DNA of 64,000 nt, from assembly GCF_009914755.1 (NCBI RefSeq), contig NC_060945.1. The stretch is one strand, 5' to 3'. A program made the translations under genes and the position numbers. The stretch's first letter is position 1. Every line of letters starts with the position of its first letter. The notes below the pieces were generated by a model. It searched no databases and was not told where the DNA came from. It saw only the letters and a list, made by a program, of their open reading frames with translations. Of the stretch, positions 18,949 to 39,545 are shown one piece after another. The DNA is from the human T2T-CHM13v2.0 reference genome, Homo sapiens.

Positions 18949-19068
18949 CTGGGAATATTCCTAAGCAACTTAATGTCAAAAAAAATGTAAACGACATCAA
19001 CCAGCAGAAGAATCACAATAATGGCAGTATCTAAAATGTTAAATAAGTCAGAAAAATACTGCTGTCTC
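18949..19068 (-). CDS. TPTE: TPTE exon, S3: [39 protein letters not shown](R)
   Basis: ttacag|G...AG|gtatga, 120 nt. Confidence 0.95.
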
Positions 19069-19330
19069 CTGTAATATAAAACAAAAAAAATAAGTTCATT
19101 CCCCCCTGCAAGAAGAGATAGGAATATTTAAAGACCACAAACTATTGACTCATCCCCATTAAGAATTCTACTATCATGAATTATTTAAAATGTATTTTCT
19201 AGAGTAGACTAAGGGAAAAATATAACATTCATGGGAAGTTTTCAAACAATAAAATTATATTCATCATTTGACACTTATATGTGACTAAAACACCAACATG
19301 GCAATTCAAACATAATAAGAGATATAACTA

Positions 19331-25709
<6,379 letters not shown>

Positions 25710-27194
25710 CTAAAATAAACAAATAAATAAATAAATAAATAAATGCAAAGATAAAGGGGCATTTGTCCCTGTAGCTATACTATATTTAAGCCACTGATCA
25801 GGTACCAAAATGTTATTATTTAGTATTAAGCTGCCCAGTGGCAGGAAAAACTGTAATGCCTTAGAATCTCAGAAAAATCACTGTTTTCACCCAATAGAAG
25901 CAGTTCTTAATAAACAAAATTCTCACCAAACCACTTCACAAGATATTATAGTAAACACATCAGACCAACACCTCAAGAGAGAAAAGTAAAACTGAATTAA
26001 AATCACCTGTCTGTTTACAAACTCTTCTTAAAATTTGCGAATTTCATAAGAAGTTTATACCAATTTCTCATAAAAAATAAACCCTCATTAATCTGGATAA
26101 TTCTAAAGAATTTATTAATAAAAACCAAATGAAAGCATGAGTAACATAAGCTCTTAAAAGACCAAGATTTTTCATCAGTGACATTTTCAACAAGTACATG
26201 ATTTCATATTTATGGGTGCTTCTAGCAGAGTGATGGGCACATGAGTCTTGAACTCTAAAGTACCTCCTGCCACTTGCTGTTACATATTCTAAATACATTC
26301 TCCATAAATTGATTAGACTATTTGCCTAGTCTATAAAGGTGAATTAGTCTTTGAAGTACTTTTTTAAAAACTTGCAGCTCAAATTCAAATATTATTAATT
26401 CAAAAGGAAACAATTATATCGTATAAATCTATATCATAGTATGAAATCTTACTCTTATGTAGAGAAGAGTCTAAGTAAATTGTTTCCAGAATTAAAGAGT
26501 AATTCCTGATGTATAAGGTACTAATAAAACACTTTACTAATAATTATAGAATTTTAACATTTGATTTTCATTAATGTTACTTTTGCAGATGGAAGAAAAA
26601 CAATATTAATATATTACAATTAATCTTAGGCAAAAGCCATTTATTTGCAATTCTTAATGTCCAGCTTAAACCAAAATTCCATGATAAATTAGATTACATT
26701 AGATGGGGCACATGGCTACTTAGCAACTGATGGACAGTGGAAATGCTTTTTTGTTATTTTATTTCAGTATTTCTCATTGAAGTATTAAGTCTCATATATA
26801 TATATGTATATATAGATATATATGAGACTCATATATTTTCTTTTCTTTTTTTTTTTTTTTTTTTTTACATGGAGTCTTGCTGTGTCGCCAAGGCTGCGGT
26901 GCAATGGTGCAATTTCAGCTCACTGCAATCTATGCCTCCTCGGTTCAAGCGATTCTTCTGCCTCAGCCTCCTGAGTAGCTGGGATTATAGGCACCCACCA
27001 TTATGCTTGGCTAATTTTTGTATTTTTAGTAGAGATGGGGTTTCACCATGTTAGCCAGGCTGGTCTTGAACTCCTGACTTCATGTGATCCGCCCGCCTCG
27101 GCCTCCCAGGGTGCTGGGATTACAGGTGTGAGCCACCGTGCCCAGCCAAGTCTCAGATATATTTAATACATGGTGTTTTCTATGTCTCACATAC

Positions 27195-27245
27195 CCAAAT
27201 GCAAAGGATGATACAATTGAATGCACAATTTTCTTAATCTTGCTG
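27195..27245 (-). CDS. TPTE: TPTE exon SKIKKIVHSIVSSFAF(G)
   Basis: ttttgcag|CAGC...GG|gtatgt, 51 nt; overlaps ORF 27080-27310. Confidence 0.93.
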
Positions 27246-27934
27246 CTGCAAAAAGAAGTAAAAATAAAATTAATCAGATTTCTTCTAACATATATTGTAA
27301 ATTTAACCAAAAAACAAAGGCCCTTATAAATATAATTTCAAAAGAAAATTATTCAGAAGTTGTATAACAAAATGCTTTTTACTAATAGCTAAAATTTTAT
27401 TCTTCCTGCTCCATGAGTATTTTACTTGTTTACTATGCTATCCAGAAGACAGTAAAGTTTGGATGTTTAGTAACATTTCCATTGCATGCAAAGCCCCAAC
27501 CCCAACTTTATGGCAATACTAAACTTAAACTGGTGGTCATCATCTCAAGGAGTATAGCATGAAGACAGAAAAGGGTGGTAGAAGAGAACTGTATTTTAAT
27601 GCCAGCCTGGGCAAATCATCAAACTTTGGCCAGATCTCAGTTTCCACTGCAATAAAATAAGGTGTTTCAGGAATGAGCATAGGGAGTAAATGATGCTCTT
27701 GTCATCTCCTCGAACTAGACACCTAGTGAACAGATGAGTCACATATGAGGTTGCAAACGAACTTCAGAGGTAAGACATTTTAGTAAGATATACTTCAAAG
27801 GAGAAACACCCGAAAGACTGGGCTCCTTCCATTAATCAAAGGAAGGAGAACCTGTTTGATGGAGCCTCCAATAATGCCTCATTTTACCTTATGGCTGGAG
27901 ACAAGGTAGCTCATGAGGAACAATTTTTTTTGTC

Positions 27935-28001
27935 CTACTGAAGCCTCCTGTGTTGGAGGCTCTTCAGGAGGAGAAGCCTCCAACACAGGAGGCTTCAGTA
28001 G
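27935..28001. repeat. perfect 27-bp inverted repeat with 13-nt spacer
   Basis: CTACTGAAGCCTCCTGTGTTGGAGGCT / AGCCTCCAACACAGGAGGCTTCAGTAG. Confidence 0.95.
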
Positions 28002-28168
28002 AAGAAGACTTCAGGAAGTTTCTGTCATACTGAAGCCTCCAACACAGGACTCAAATTCCACCCCAAGAGCCATGAATCCTAAGACAATGCTCACAGCCTG
28101 TGCCTAAGACGGGAGAACAAAGAGGGCAGATACTGAGCAGAACTGGGGCACTGACAATTGGCCTTTGA

Positions 28169-29001
28169 CATGAACAGACATTTCTCAAAAGAAGACATGC
28201 ATGTGGCCAACAAACATATGAAGAAAAGCTCAATATCACAGATTAGAGAAATGCAAATCAAAACCACAATGAGATACCATTTCACACCAGTCAGAATGGC
28301 TATTACTAAAAAGTCAAAAAATAACAGATGCGGGCAAGGTTGCAGAGAAAAGGGAACACATATACATTGTTGGTGGGAGTGTAAATTAGTTCAATCACTG
28401 TAAAAAGTACTATGGCAATACCTTGAAGAGCTAAAAGCAGAACTATTTGACTGAGCAATCCCAATACTGAGTAGATACCCAGAGGAATATAAATCATTCT
28501 ACTATAAAGATACATGCATATGAATGTTCACTGCAGCACTATTTACAATAGCAAAGACATGGAATCAACCTAGGTACCCATCAATGACAGATTGGATAAA
28601 GAAAATGTGGTACATATATACCATGGAATACTATACAGCCATAAAAAAAGAATGAGATCATGTATTTTGTGGGAACATCAATGGAGCCGGAGGCTCTTAT
28701 CCTTAGCAAACTAGTGCAGAAACAGAAAACCAAATACTGAATGTTCTCACCTATCAGTGGTAGCTAAATCATAAGGACTTATGAACACAAAGAAGGAAAT
28801 AGACACTGGGGTCTACTTAAGTGGGGAGGGCAGGAGGAGAGAGAGGAGCAGAAAAGATAACTATTTGGGTACTGAGCTTAATACCTGGATGATGAAATAA
28901 TATGTAAAAAATAAAAAAAAACAACCTCCCTGACACAAGTTTACCTATGTAGCAAACCTCACGTGTACCACCAAACCTAAAATAAAAGTTAAAAAAAAAA
29001 A
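28169..29001 (+). mobile_element. 5'-truncated older L1PA-type element
   Basis: ORF2 C-terminus, 3' UTR and polyA; target-site duplication (TSD) AATTGGCCTTTGA at 28156-28168 and 29002-29014. Confidence 0.9.
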
Positions 29002-29646
29002 AATTGGCCTTTGATGAAGGATGTTAGGTTAACCTGAGATAAAAGAAATCCCCAATCCTTCTAATCTTCCCCTCTCCACCTGGACCCACCACCTCCACCC
29101 AGGCTTGGAGAGTTAAGGCTGATGTAGATGGAGGATCAATTGGCCAAAAGAGGTGAATTCTCTCCTCAAGTTGCCATTCCCTTACTACAAGAACCTCTGA
29201 TCCCACACAGTCTACTAGATCTCTGGGTATCAAGGAAATGTCATAAATCTGAACTCACTTGACAATGTCACCATACAGAACCAAGTCTGACAGATTATGA
29301 AGGCATGAAGAAGTGGCTTGGGTGGCTTTAGCCCCTTAATCTGTTTCAGTGTACCCTGAAACTATACCAAGTAAATACACAATTGAGACTTTTTTGCTTA
29401 AAAAAAGAGTACTATGTAAATGAAGCTTCAAGCAGTTATGTGCAGAGTTTGCAGGGAAATAACTATGACTCAGTAAATCCATATCCAGGAAAAGTACTGT
29501 TCACACTCGGGAGCAACAGACAGACACTCCAACATGAAGCAACACGAAGCATAGCCTCCATGTACCTTTCCTAAAAACAATTACTCAAAGTGCTTGAGTC
29601 AGCTGAGCAATGAATCAAAATGAAGAACAAAAATGTAGCAGGTGAA

Positions 29647-30697
29647 CAAAAGCAATGGCAACAAAAGCCAAAATTGACAAACAGGATCTAATTAAACTAA
29701 AGAGCTTCTGCATAGCAAAAGAAACTACCATCAGAGTGAACAGGCAACCTACGGAATGGGAGAAAATTTTTGGAATCTACTCATCTGACAAAGGACTAAT
29801 ATCCAGAATCTACAAAGAACTCAAACAAATTTACAAGAAAAAAATCAAACAACCCCATCAAAAAGTGGGCAAAGGATATGAACAGACACTTCTCAAAAGA
29901 AGACATTTATGCAGCCAACAGACACATGAAAAAATGCTCATCATCACTGGCCATCAGAGAAATGCAAATCAAAACCACAATGACATACCATCTCACACCA
30001 GTTAGAATGGTGATTATTAAAAAGTCAAGAAACAACAGGTGCTGGAGAGGATGTGGAGAAACTGAACACTTTTACACTGTTGGTGGGACTGTAAACTAGT
30101 TCAACCATTGTGGAAGACAGTGTGGCGATTCCTCAAGAATCTAAAACTAGAAACACCATTTGACCCAGCCATCCTATTACTGGGTATATACCCAAAGGAT
30201 TATAAATCATGCTGCTATAAAGACACATGCACACGTATGTTTATTGCGGCACTATTCACAATAGCAAAGACTTGGAACCAACCCAAATGTCCAACAATGA
30301 TAGACTGGATGAAGAAAATGTGGCACATATACACCATGGAATACTAAGCAGCCATAAAAAAGGATGAGTTCATGTCCTTTGTAGGGACATGGATGAAGCT
30401 GGAAACCATCATTCTCAGCAAGCTACCGCAAGGTCAGAAAACCAAACACTGCATGTTCTCACTCATAGGTGGGAATTGAACAATGAGAACCCTTGGACAC
30501 AGGAAGGGGAACATCACACACCAGGGCCTGTCATGGGGTGGGGGGATGGGGGAGGGATAGCATTAGGAGATACACCTAATGTAAATGATGAATTAATGGG
30601 TACAGCACACCAACATGGCACATGCATGAATATGTAACAAACCTGCACATTGTGCACATGCACCCTAGAACTTACAGTATAATAATAATAAAAAAAA
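29647..30697 (+). mobile_element. 5'-truncated L1PA
   Basis: ORF2 C-terminus and 3' UTR; TSD GTAGCAGGTGAA at 29635-29646 and 30698-30709. Confidence 0.92.
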
Positions 30698-33600
30698 GTA
30701 GCAGGTGAAAATGTAAATAAATGATTCTAAAAGTAAAGATAAATAATATAAAATCATGAATAATAGTATTGATTTGAATTTTTAGGCATTCTTACACTAG
30801 GATTCAAGGTGTGGAAGAAGATAGAAGTAAAGGCAGGTTGCATTTCTTATCTTTCACAGGTACGAGTCCAGTTTTATTCTCGATATTGATGGAAAAAATG
30901 GTATAATTATGTTTTCTAAACATTTAAATATAAACATTGATAGACTAGAAATGGGCTTCTGACTTGCATATCAACAAAAAATGCAAGGGATGAAAACAAA
31001 TCAGATAATAGCAAAACATAGACAAATTTACAAAGAAAATATCAAAGTATTTTTAATAAAGAAAAAGATGATAAATAAAACCAAACGTACCAGAAATCAT
31101 AAATACAAACATATTACTCTCATATTGCATATTGAGAAATACTCTCAGATAACTTTGAAATTAAAGGCATTACATGCTATACATGAGAGACAAAAACTAA
31201 ATTTAAATGACAATTCAAAAATAAAGAGATAGCGGCCAGGCGCGGTGGCTCACGCCTGTAATCCCAGCACTTTGGGTGGCCAAGGTGGGTGGATCATGAG
31301 GTCAAGAGATCGAGACCATCCTGGCCAACGTGGTGAAACTCCATCTCTACTAAAAATACAAAAAATTAGCTGGGCGTGGTGGTGCATGCCTGTAGTCCCA
31401 GCTACTCAGGAGGCTGAGGCAGGAGAATCGCTTGAACCTGGGAAGTGGAGGTTGCAGTGAGCTGAGTGGAGCCACTGCACTCCAGCCTGGTGACAGAGCG
31501 AGACTCCGGCTCAAAAAAAAAAGAGAGAAAAAAAGATATGAGATACTAAACCTTAATACACTGAAAGTTCCAATAATATCAAAGTTGAATTAAAAGCAGA
31601 AATATTAACTATGAACATGAATGACTCATTTTTTATCAATAGAAGGTGGAAGCTACATGACACTAACAAGACCATGTTTAATGAAATGGGATTTGTATTG
31701 AAGGCAGGTGCTATCTCTCCCACTGGACACATTTTTCTCTTGTGCAGACTCTGGGGGTAGGGAGGTGGCCATGATGCAAAGCACGAAAAACACTGTAGTG
31801 ACTCTGGTCTTCCTGCTCACTCTAGATCACTAAAACAGGGTAAGGACAATACAGAGGGATGACATGTTCATGCTGAAAAAACTATGAGTCACTTAGGAGA
31901 AAAGTAAATTTCTACACTTTATACCTTAAGACAAAGTAAATTCAGGGCAGATATTTTATTTAAATGAAGAAAATAAATTCAAAACAGAAATTTTGGTGAA
32001 TATATTTAAAATCTTGGGGTGAGAAGGACTTTCTGAGAATAACATTAAAGGCAAAATCACAAAGAAAAGTACAGATACATTTGATTACATGAGGATTAAA
32101 TGCTTTTATATAGTGAAAAGCAAGACAACCTGGGAGAAATTGCTTATATTACATAAAATAGAAAAAGGATCAATAGATTTAACTTTTCAGTCCAAAGACA
32201 GAAAAGGATAAATGAAGGTGTGTCAAAGAACATGCATTAGAACAAATATATTTACTAATATCAGAGAAATCAATGATGGCTAGTGTTAAGTGTGGGAGGG
32301 GAGAAATGTACACTTTGCATCTTGATGTTAAAGCACATATCAATATCAATAGCGTCACAATCATTCCCTTTGACACAGAATTTCCACTTCTGAGAATTTA
32401 TAACAAGCAAATAACCAACAATATACAGAGATTTAGCCTCAAATATATTCATTTTTGTAAGTTAAAAACTTGTAAAAAAACTGAATTGTTCAGCAATATC
32501 TGACTATTAAATGAATTATAGCACATCTACACCATGAAATATCACACAACTGTTACAAATAATGTTGTAAGTGCACATGAATATATATTAACAAAAAAAT
32601 ATAGCCATGATGTCATTAATAAGGTTATTTACAAAAGAATAAGTATGGTCTCATATCTGTAAACAAAAAAAGTATATGCTTAAAGAACTTAGAAGTGCAT
32701 GCATCAAAGTTTAAGAATGACTAAATGTGGGTAGATTTGTTGATTGTATTTTCAGATTTTCCTTTAATGAACTCTTACATTATTTTTAGTTTTTAGAATA
32801 AAACCTATTTACAGAACTACAGAGTTTTCAAAGTATTTTTGCATGTTATTTTCATTTTATTACTAATTTTTTAAATACAATATCCAGTACATGGATTGCA
32901 TTATAGCCAGTTTACATTTGAATAATCTGAAAGTTAAAGAGGGTTAGTGACTTGCTGAGTATCAGGTGAATGAATATATGATGCCAAAGGCAAGCACTGA
33001 TTCCAGCTTTTACTATAAATCCAATATCATCCCCCTGTTATGAAACACCAGCATTTCTCACAGGGACTACTGCAAATTCCTCCTATATCTATGTAATGAG
33101 ACTTTGTAATTTAAAAATAAAATAAAATGAAAACCTGCTTTATTTTGTTTGGAGTGGGGAAAGAAGGAAATGCTTGCCTTGCTTAATCGGTCTAATTTTG
33201 TTTCAGCCCTGGGCAGCTCCATTACAGAAAACGTATAGCTAATCTGCAGACACACAGTTTAATTCAGTGGCAAATTCAGGGTAATTTGAAGAACTATTTT
33301 TATTTGCCCTCTTTGTTTAGACACCAACAGCTTACAACCATGGTGAGTTAACTTCCTCTATGGCAGTACTTCCTCTCCAGCATTGACACAAGCTGGTGAA
33401 TGGTTATACAACTGGGCAAGAAAGAAGCAGAAGAAAAATCTCCTGAATATGTCTGCAGTTCAGACACAAGCCAGTTTAAGAATGTATTGTTTCATTACAG
33501 TGAGTACATGATAAAATGCCTTCAGGTCAGTGCAACAGGAAGTACTCTAGTGAGATTAGAAACAAATAAGAATAAAATCCCAATGAGCATAAAGAGGTCT

Positions 33601-34022
33601 TTAGTCAGCAAAATATGTTTGCTTTTGCTATCAATACTATTTGCTCATAGGCAAAATGTACAAAATTGGGAATCACACCATATCTAGTAAAAATGAGAAA
33701 CGTTCACTATTGATGAGTTAAGTAGCATTCTGCATTCCTGTTTTTTTAAAAAAAACTTTTAATGGAATTAATTTCCTCTAAGAATACTTTTTACATTTTC
33801 AAGCTAGAAGAACATTTATTTCTGAATGGATGGAATTTTTTTTTCAAAATAATACTTGTCTAAGAATTCAACTGGAGTAAATACGGTGTACACTCCCACC
33901 CATACATTTTGATATCTTTCCATAGTTTCCCTTTTTCCTTCTTGCCTCAGCGGAAGCCCTGTTTAACTAAAGATAAGAGATCCATCAATGGCTCCCTCCT
34001 TTCAAACTTCAAACTGACTTAC

Positions 34023-34082
34023 TCATATGAAGCAACATTTTCAGCATCTTCAACTTCAAACTTGGAAAGTCGTGCTAACACA
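34023..34082 (-). CDS. TPTE: TPTE exon SVLARLSKFEVEDAENVASY(D)
   Basis: ctaaag|T...GA|gtaagt, 60 nt. Confidence 0.93.
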
Positions 34083-34770
34083 CTTTAGCCACCAAAAAAA
34101 AAGCAAAAATATATCATTAGATATTTGCTACACAAAATAGTGATGAAAAATATATTTGAATAGCAAGAATCCCATGAATCTAAAGGATATAGTAAACATG
34201 ACTTAGCTCACTGGAAGACCTAATATTTAAGAGAGAAAATTACAATCATTAACCAGAAACTCTTTCCTCATGGATACTCCCAACACTGAATTTTGCATAT
34301 TTTTATCTTCTTTTCTCTCTCTGTCTCTTTCTATATATATGCATATAAAGATATATAAAAGAATATGTATATGGATATATAATATATAAATAATATGTGT
34401 GTAGACATATCTCAAAGACATTGTGGGTTTCATTCCAGACCACTGCAATAAAGCAAAAACTGCATTAAGCAACTCACACAAATGTTTTGGGTTCCCTGTG
34501 CATATAAAAGTTATGTTTACCCTACATGTAGCCTGTTAAGTTTGCAATGGCATTATGTTCGAAAAACTTATGTATATACCTTAATTAAAAACTACTTTAT
34601 TGGTTAAAAAATGCTAATGATCACCTTTTGCTGGTGGAGGGCGTTGCCTCCATGTTCATGGCTGCTGACTGATCAGAGTGGTGGTTGCCAATGGTCAGAG
34701 TGGCTGAGACAATTTCTTAAAATAGGACAACAATGAAGTTTGCTGTAGCAAATGGCTCTTCCTTTCACAA

Positions 34771-37700
34771 GTGAGGATTAAGTGGTGAAGCCATCAGGTC
34801 CTGGACTTTGTTGAAAGCCTTTTTATTACTGATTCAATCTCATTACTTGTTTTTGGTCTGTTCAGGTTTTCTATTTCTTCTTGGTTTAGTCTTGGTAGGT
34901 CGTATGGGTCAAGGATTTTGTCCACCTCCTCTAGGTTTTCAAATTTATTGTAGAGTTGCTCATAATAGTCTCTAATAATTATTTTTATTTCTGTCATTAT
35001 CTGTTATGAGGTCTCTTTTTTTTTGTTTCTGATTTTACTTATTTGGGTCTTCCCTTTTTCTTAATTAGTCTAGCTAATGGTTTGTTGATATTTTTTAAAC
35101 CTTTTTGTTGTTAACCTTTTGTAATTTTTGCCTCAAATGTGTTTATTTCTGTTTGGTCTTCATTATTTATTTCCTTTTAATAATTTGGGGTTTGGTTTGT
35201 TCTTACTATTCTAGTTTCTTGAGGTAGAATTGTTCAGTGGTTTATTTGAAAGTTTTCTAGTTTTTTTGATCCAGGCATTTATTGCTAAAAATATACTTTT
35301 TTTTTTATACTTTAAGTTCTAGGGTACATATGCACAATGTGCAGGTTTGTTACATATGTATACATGTGCCATGTTGGTGTGCTGCGCCCATTAACTCGTC
35401 ATTTACATTAGGTATATCTCCTAATGCTATCCCTCCCCCCTCCCCCTACCCAACAACAGGCCCCAGTGTGTGATGTCCCCCTTCCTGTGTCTGAGTGTTC
35501 TCATTGTTCAATTCCCACCTATGAGTGAGAACATGTGATGTTTGGTGTTTTGTCCTTGCGACAGTTTGCTGAAAAAATGATGAGTTCATGTCCTTTGTAG
35601 GGACACGGATGAAGCTAAAAACATAGTTCTTAATAACTGCTTTTGCTGCGTCCCCTGTTTTGGTATATTGTGTTTCTAGTTACATTTGTTTCAAGGAATT
35701 CTTAAATTTCATTCTTAATTTCTTTCTTCACTCACTGTAACTCAAGGGCATGTTGTTTAATTTCCATATGTCTGTATAGTTTTGAATGTTCCTCTTGTTA
35801 TGAATGTCTAGTTTTATTCCATTGTGGTAAGATAAGATACCTGATAGAATTTCAATTTTTAAAAATTTGTTGAGACTTGTTTTGTAGCCTAACATATGGT
35901 CTATCTTAGATAATGTTTCATGTGCTGATGAAAAGAATGTGTATTCTGCAGCTGTTAGGTGAGATGTTCTGTACATGTTTGTTATTTATGTCCATTTGGT
36001 CTATGGTGGAGTTTAAGTCTGATGTTTCTTTGTTGATTTTCTGTCTAGATGATTTGTCCAATGCTGAGAGTGGGATACGGAAGTGCCCAACTCTTATTGT
36101 AATGGGGTCTATCTCCCTCTTTAGATCTAGTAATATTCGCTTTATATATCTAGGTGCTCTGGTGTTTGAGTGCATACATATTTACAATTATACACATATT
36201 ACAATTATATTTCTTGCTGAATTGAACCCTTTATTATTACATAATAATCTTGTTTGTCAATTTTTATGGTTTTTAACTTGAACTCTGTTTTGTCTGATAC
36301 AAGTATAGCTATCCCTGCTCACTTTGGGCTTCCATTTGCATAGAATATATTTTTCCATCCCTTTATTATCAGTCTATGTGTTTCTATACCGGTAAAGTGA
36401 GTTTCTTTTAGATAAAATATAGTGGGGTCTTATTTTTTAATCCACTCAGTAAGTCTATATCCTTCATGGGGTATTTAATCTATTAACATTCAAAGTTATT
36501 ATTGGTAGGTGAGGAGGTTTTGCATGTTTTCATGATGGTGGTTATCATCTTTTTACTTCCAGATGTAAGACTCCCTTGGGCATTTCTTGTAATGTTGGTC
36601 TAGTGGTGATGAATTATCTTGGTTTTTGTTTATCTATGACAGATTTTATGTCTTCTTCATTTGTAAAGGATAGCTGTGCTGGCTATAATATTCTTGGCTG
36701 AAAGATTTTTTTCTTTCAGAACTTCGAATGTATCATCCCATTCTCTTCTAGCCTAAGGTTTCCACTGGGAAATCAGCTGTTAGTCTAATGGGGATTCCAT
36801 TATAAGTGTGTTACTTTTCTCTTGCTATTTTAAAAAATCTTTGTCTTTTGATTTTTCACAATTTGACTATAATGTCTGGGTTGAATGTATTTGGGGTTCT
36901 TTGATCTTCCTGGAACTAGATGTCTAGCTCTCCCTCAAGAGTTAGGAAGTTTTACGCTATTTTATTAAATATGTTTTCCTCATATTTTCTCTACTCTTTT
37001 CCTTCTGGAATGCCCATAATATGAATATTTGACCAAATTAATGGTGTCCCATAAATCCTGTAGGCTTTTTTCATTCTTTTTTATCCTTTTTTTGCCTGTC
37101 TGTGTTATTTCAAAAGACTTGTCTTCAAGTTCAGAAATTATTTCTTCTGCTTGTTCTTGTCTGTAAAGCCATTGATTGTATTTTTTCATTTCATCCATTG
37201 AACTGTTTAGCTCTTAGGGCTTCTGTTTGGTTATTTTTATGATATCTGTATCTTTACTGAATTTCTCTTTCACCTGATTTCATTGACTTGTCTATCTGTA
37301 TTACCTTACATCTCACTGAGTTTCCTTAAGATTATTCTTTTTTCTGTCACATCATATGTTTATGATTAGGTTCTATTACTGGATAATTATTATTTCCCTT
37401 TGTAGGTGACATGTTTTCTTGCATTTTCATGGTTGCTGTGTTTCTAAATTGATTTCTACGCATCTGGTGAAAAAGTCACCTTTTCCAATTTTATGGAGTA
37501 AAATTGTATGAATTTATTTGTATGAATGGGTCTTGGATGTCAGTTCATTGGGGTATACCGGCCTTGGTTCTACATGGATGCAGTAAGTGTAGTCTCCATG
37601 TAGTTTATTCAGCTGTGATCCACACTAGTAACATTTGCAAGTTACTCAGTGGCCTAGGTTAAGGAAGTTTGTAGTGATGGTGGTGCAGCCTTGCCAGGGG

Positions 37701-39545
37701 TGGGCTCACTGGGCTGTTTCTCAGGGTAAGGGTGTGTGCAGGCATAGAGTGGGTCAGAAAACTTGGAGTATGGCTTTATGCCGCTGGCCATGGTGCCATC
37801 ACTCTAGCCAGAAGCATGGGGATGCAGTTGCTCAACCAGGGCATGACTTCCAGATGTGCTTTGCAGGACAGTTTCTCAGGCCCAGGATGCAGGCACACAG
37901 CTGTTTGCCTGGCCTGGAAGCATGCACTCCAGGAGTGGCCTGAAGGGCTGTTTCCCATAACTGGTATGTGGGTACACAGCTGCTCATCTGGCCTGGGGCC
38001 AGTCTGCTGGGGGAAACTCATGGACCAAATATATAGGTGCATAGCTGCTAAGCTGGACTGAAGGTATCTTTGCCAGGGCTGGCCAAGAGGGGTGTTTCTC
38101 AGGCCTGGGATACAGTCAAATGACTTCTCAGCTGTCCTGGATATGTGTCTGCTGGGGGTAGTCCATAGAGCTATTCTAGCTCAGGATGTGTGCACACTGC
38201 TGCTCAGCTGGCCTGGGTGGTGCCTGCCAGGGGAAGCCCTGGGGACTACTTCTGTGAGCCAGGATGTGGACACGAGGCTGCTCGGCTGGCCTAAGGGCAT
38301 GTCTTCTGGGAGTAGCCCATGGAGCTCTTTCTTAGGTCCAGGACATGGGCATTCATGGCTGATTGGCTGGTCTGGAGGTGCATCTGCTGGGAATGGATAC
38401 AGGACTATTTCTCAGGCTCACCCAAGGTTGCACAGCTGCTTAGTTGGCCTGGGAGTGTTTCTGTGTGGGGTGGCCTAAAGGGCTGTTCCTCAAGCTGGGA
38501 CACAGGTATATGGCTGCTTAGTTGGCCTGAGTAAGCTCCCAGGGTTGTTTCTCGGCCCTGAGACTTGGGCATACACAGTTGCTTGTCTCTCAGGTCTGAG
38601 ATACAGGTGCAAGGCCCACTCGGTGGTGTGCCTGCTGGGGGCAGCCTGTGGGACTGTTTCTCAGGCCCTTATTAAAAGCAGAGGGCTACTGGGCACGCCA
38701 GGAGCATGTCTGTGGTTGATGGGGCCCGCAAGGCTGTTTCTCAGGTCCTGAGCATGGGCTCATAGTCACTCTGTTGACCTGTGGGTGTATCAGCTGCTCA
38801 GAGGCTTAGGGGCCTCTCCCACTTGGGAGAGGGCATGTAGTGGTTTGGCTGTCTTAAGAGTGAATTTACCCTGGATGGGACTGCAGATTATTCCTCTGTC
38901 TGGAAGTGTGGTGGTGGGGGTTGATTTCCCTGCTCTGCATTACTTGAGTTACAGCCAGTCCTGGGACCAACCTCCACACAGCTGGGATTGTGGCTTTAAC
39001 CCACCCATGTGGGCTTGGTGTACTGAAGATAAAGCTCCAGTGCTGGAGAGGCACAGTGGCTACTGGCCCCCAGAGGAGGGCACACTCAAGAGATGACTCT
39101 GTTCTCCAGATGGTGCTGTGTTGCTGCAGCTTAAGCCTCTGGGGGTGGGAAGTCTTCACCTTGTACTCCTAGTCCAGGACATGCAGCTGTGTCAATTCTT
39201 GGCAATACTCCAAACTGGCCTGAGGGCTTGCAAAGACTGTGAGATTCTCCTGTTGTAAAGACTTTGTGTTTGTGATGGCAGTGGGGCTGGTGGGGATCTT
39301 CTGCCTACCTTCACCCTGCAATGAGAAGTCCCTCCTGTCTCTGGGCCAATTCAATCCAGATGGGGCAGAAGGGGCTGCACAGGCTGAGTGCTTCCATGCT
39401 GTGGCAACTTTCAGTCACCACAGATGTGTCTCCACTCCTTTGCTGCACTCCAGGACTATCCCTTTGATACTCTAATCAAATCTCAGATGTGTATTTCTTG
39501 CCTCGGTTCTTTCTTGTAGGGGAGATGAGCACCAGACATCTCTAG
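34771..39545 (-). mobile_element. L1M 5' portion (repetitive 5' region, ORF1, ORF2 endonuclease) lacking its 3' end
   Basis: YTFFSSAHETLSKIDHMLG endonuclease motif; ORF1 QAEEIISELED; roughly 75-bp GC-rich degenerate repeats at 37700-38800. Confidence 0.8.
35297..35616 (-). mobile_element. short L1PA 3' end with inverted 5' piece
   Basis: Minus-strand 3' UTR at 35297-35571, plus-strand piece at 35572-35616; flanks GCTAAAAAYATA. Confidence 0.8.

Noticed and set aside
37635-39159. Cluster of ~100-aa ORFs and ~75-bp repeats as a novel gene or CRISPR-like array
   Set aside because: This is the GC-rich repetitive 5' region of an L1M element. The repeats are degenerate and lack unique spacers.
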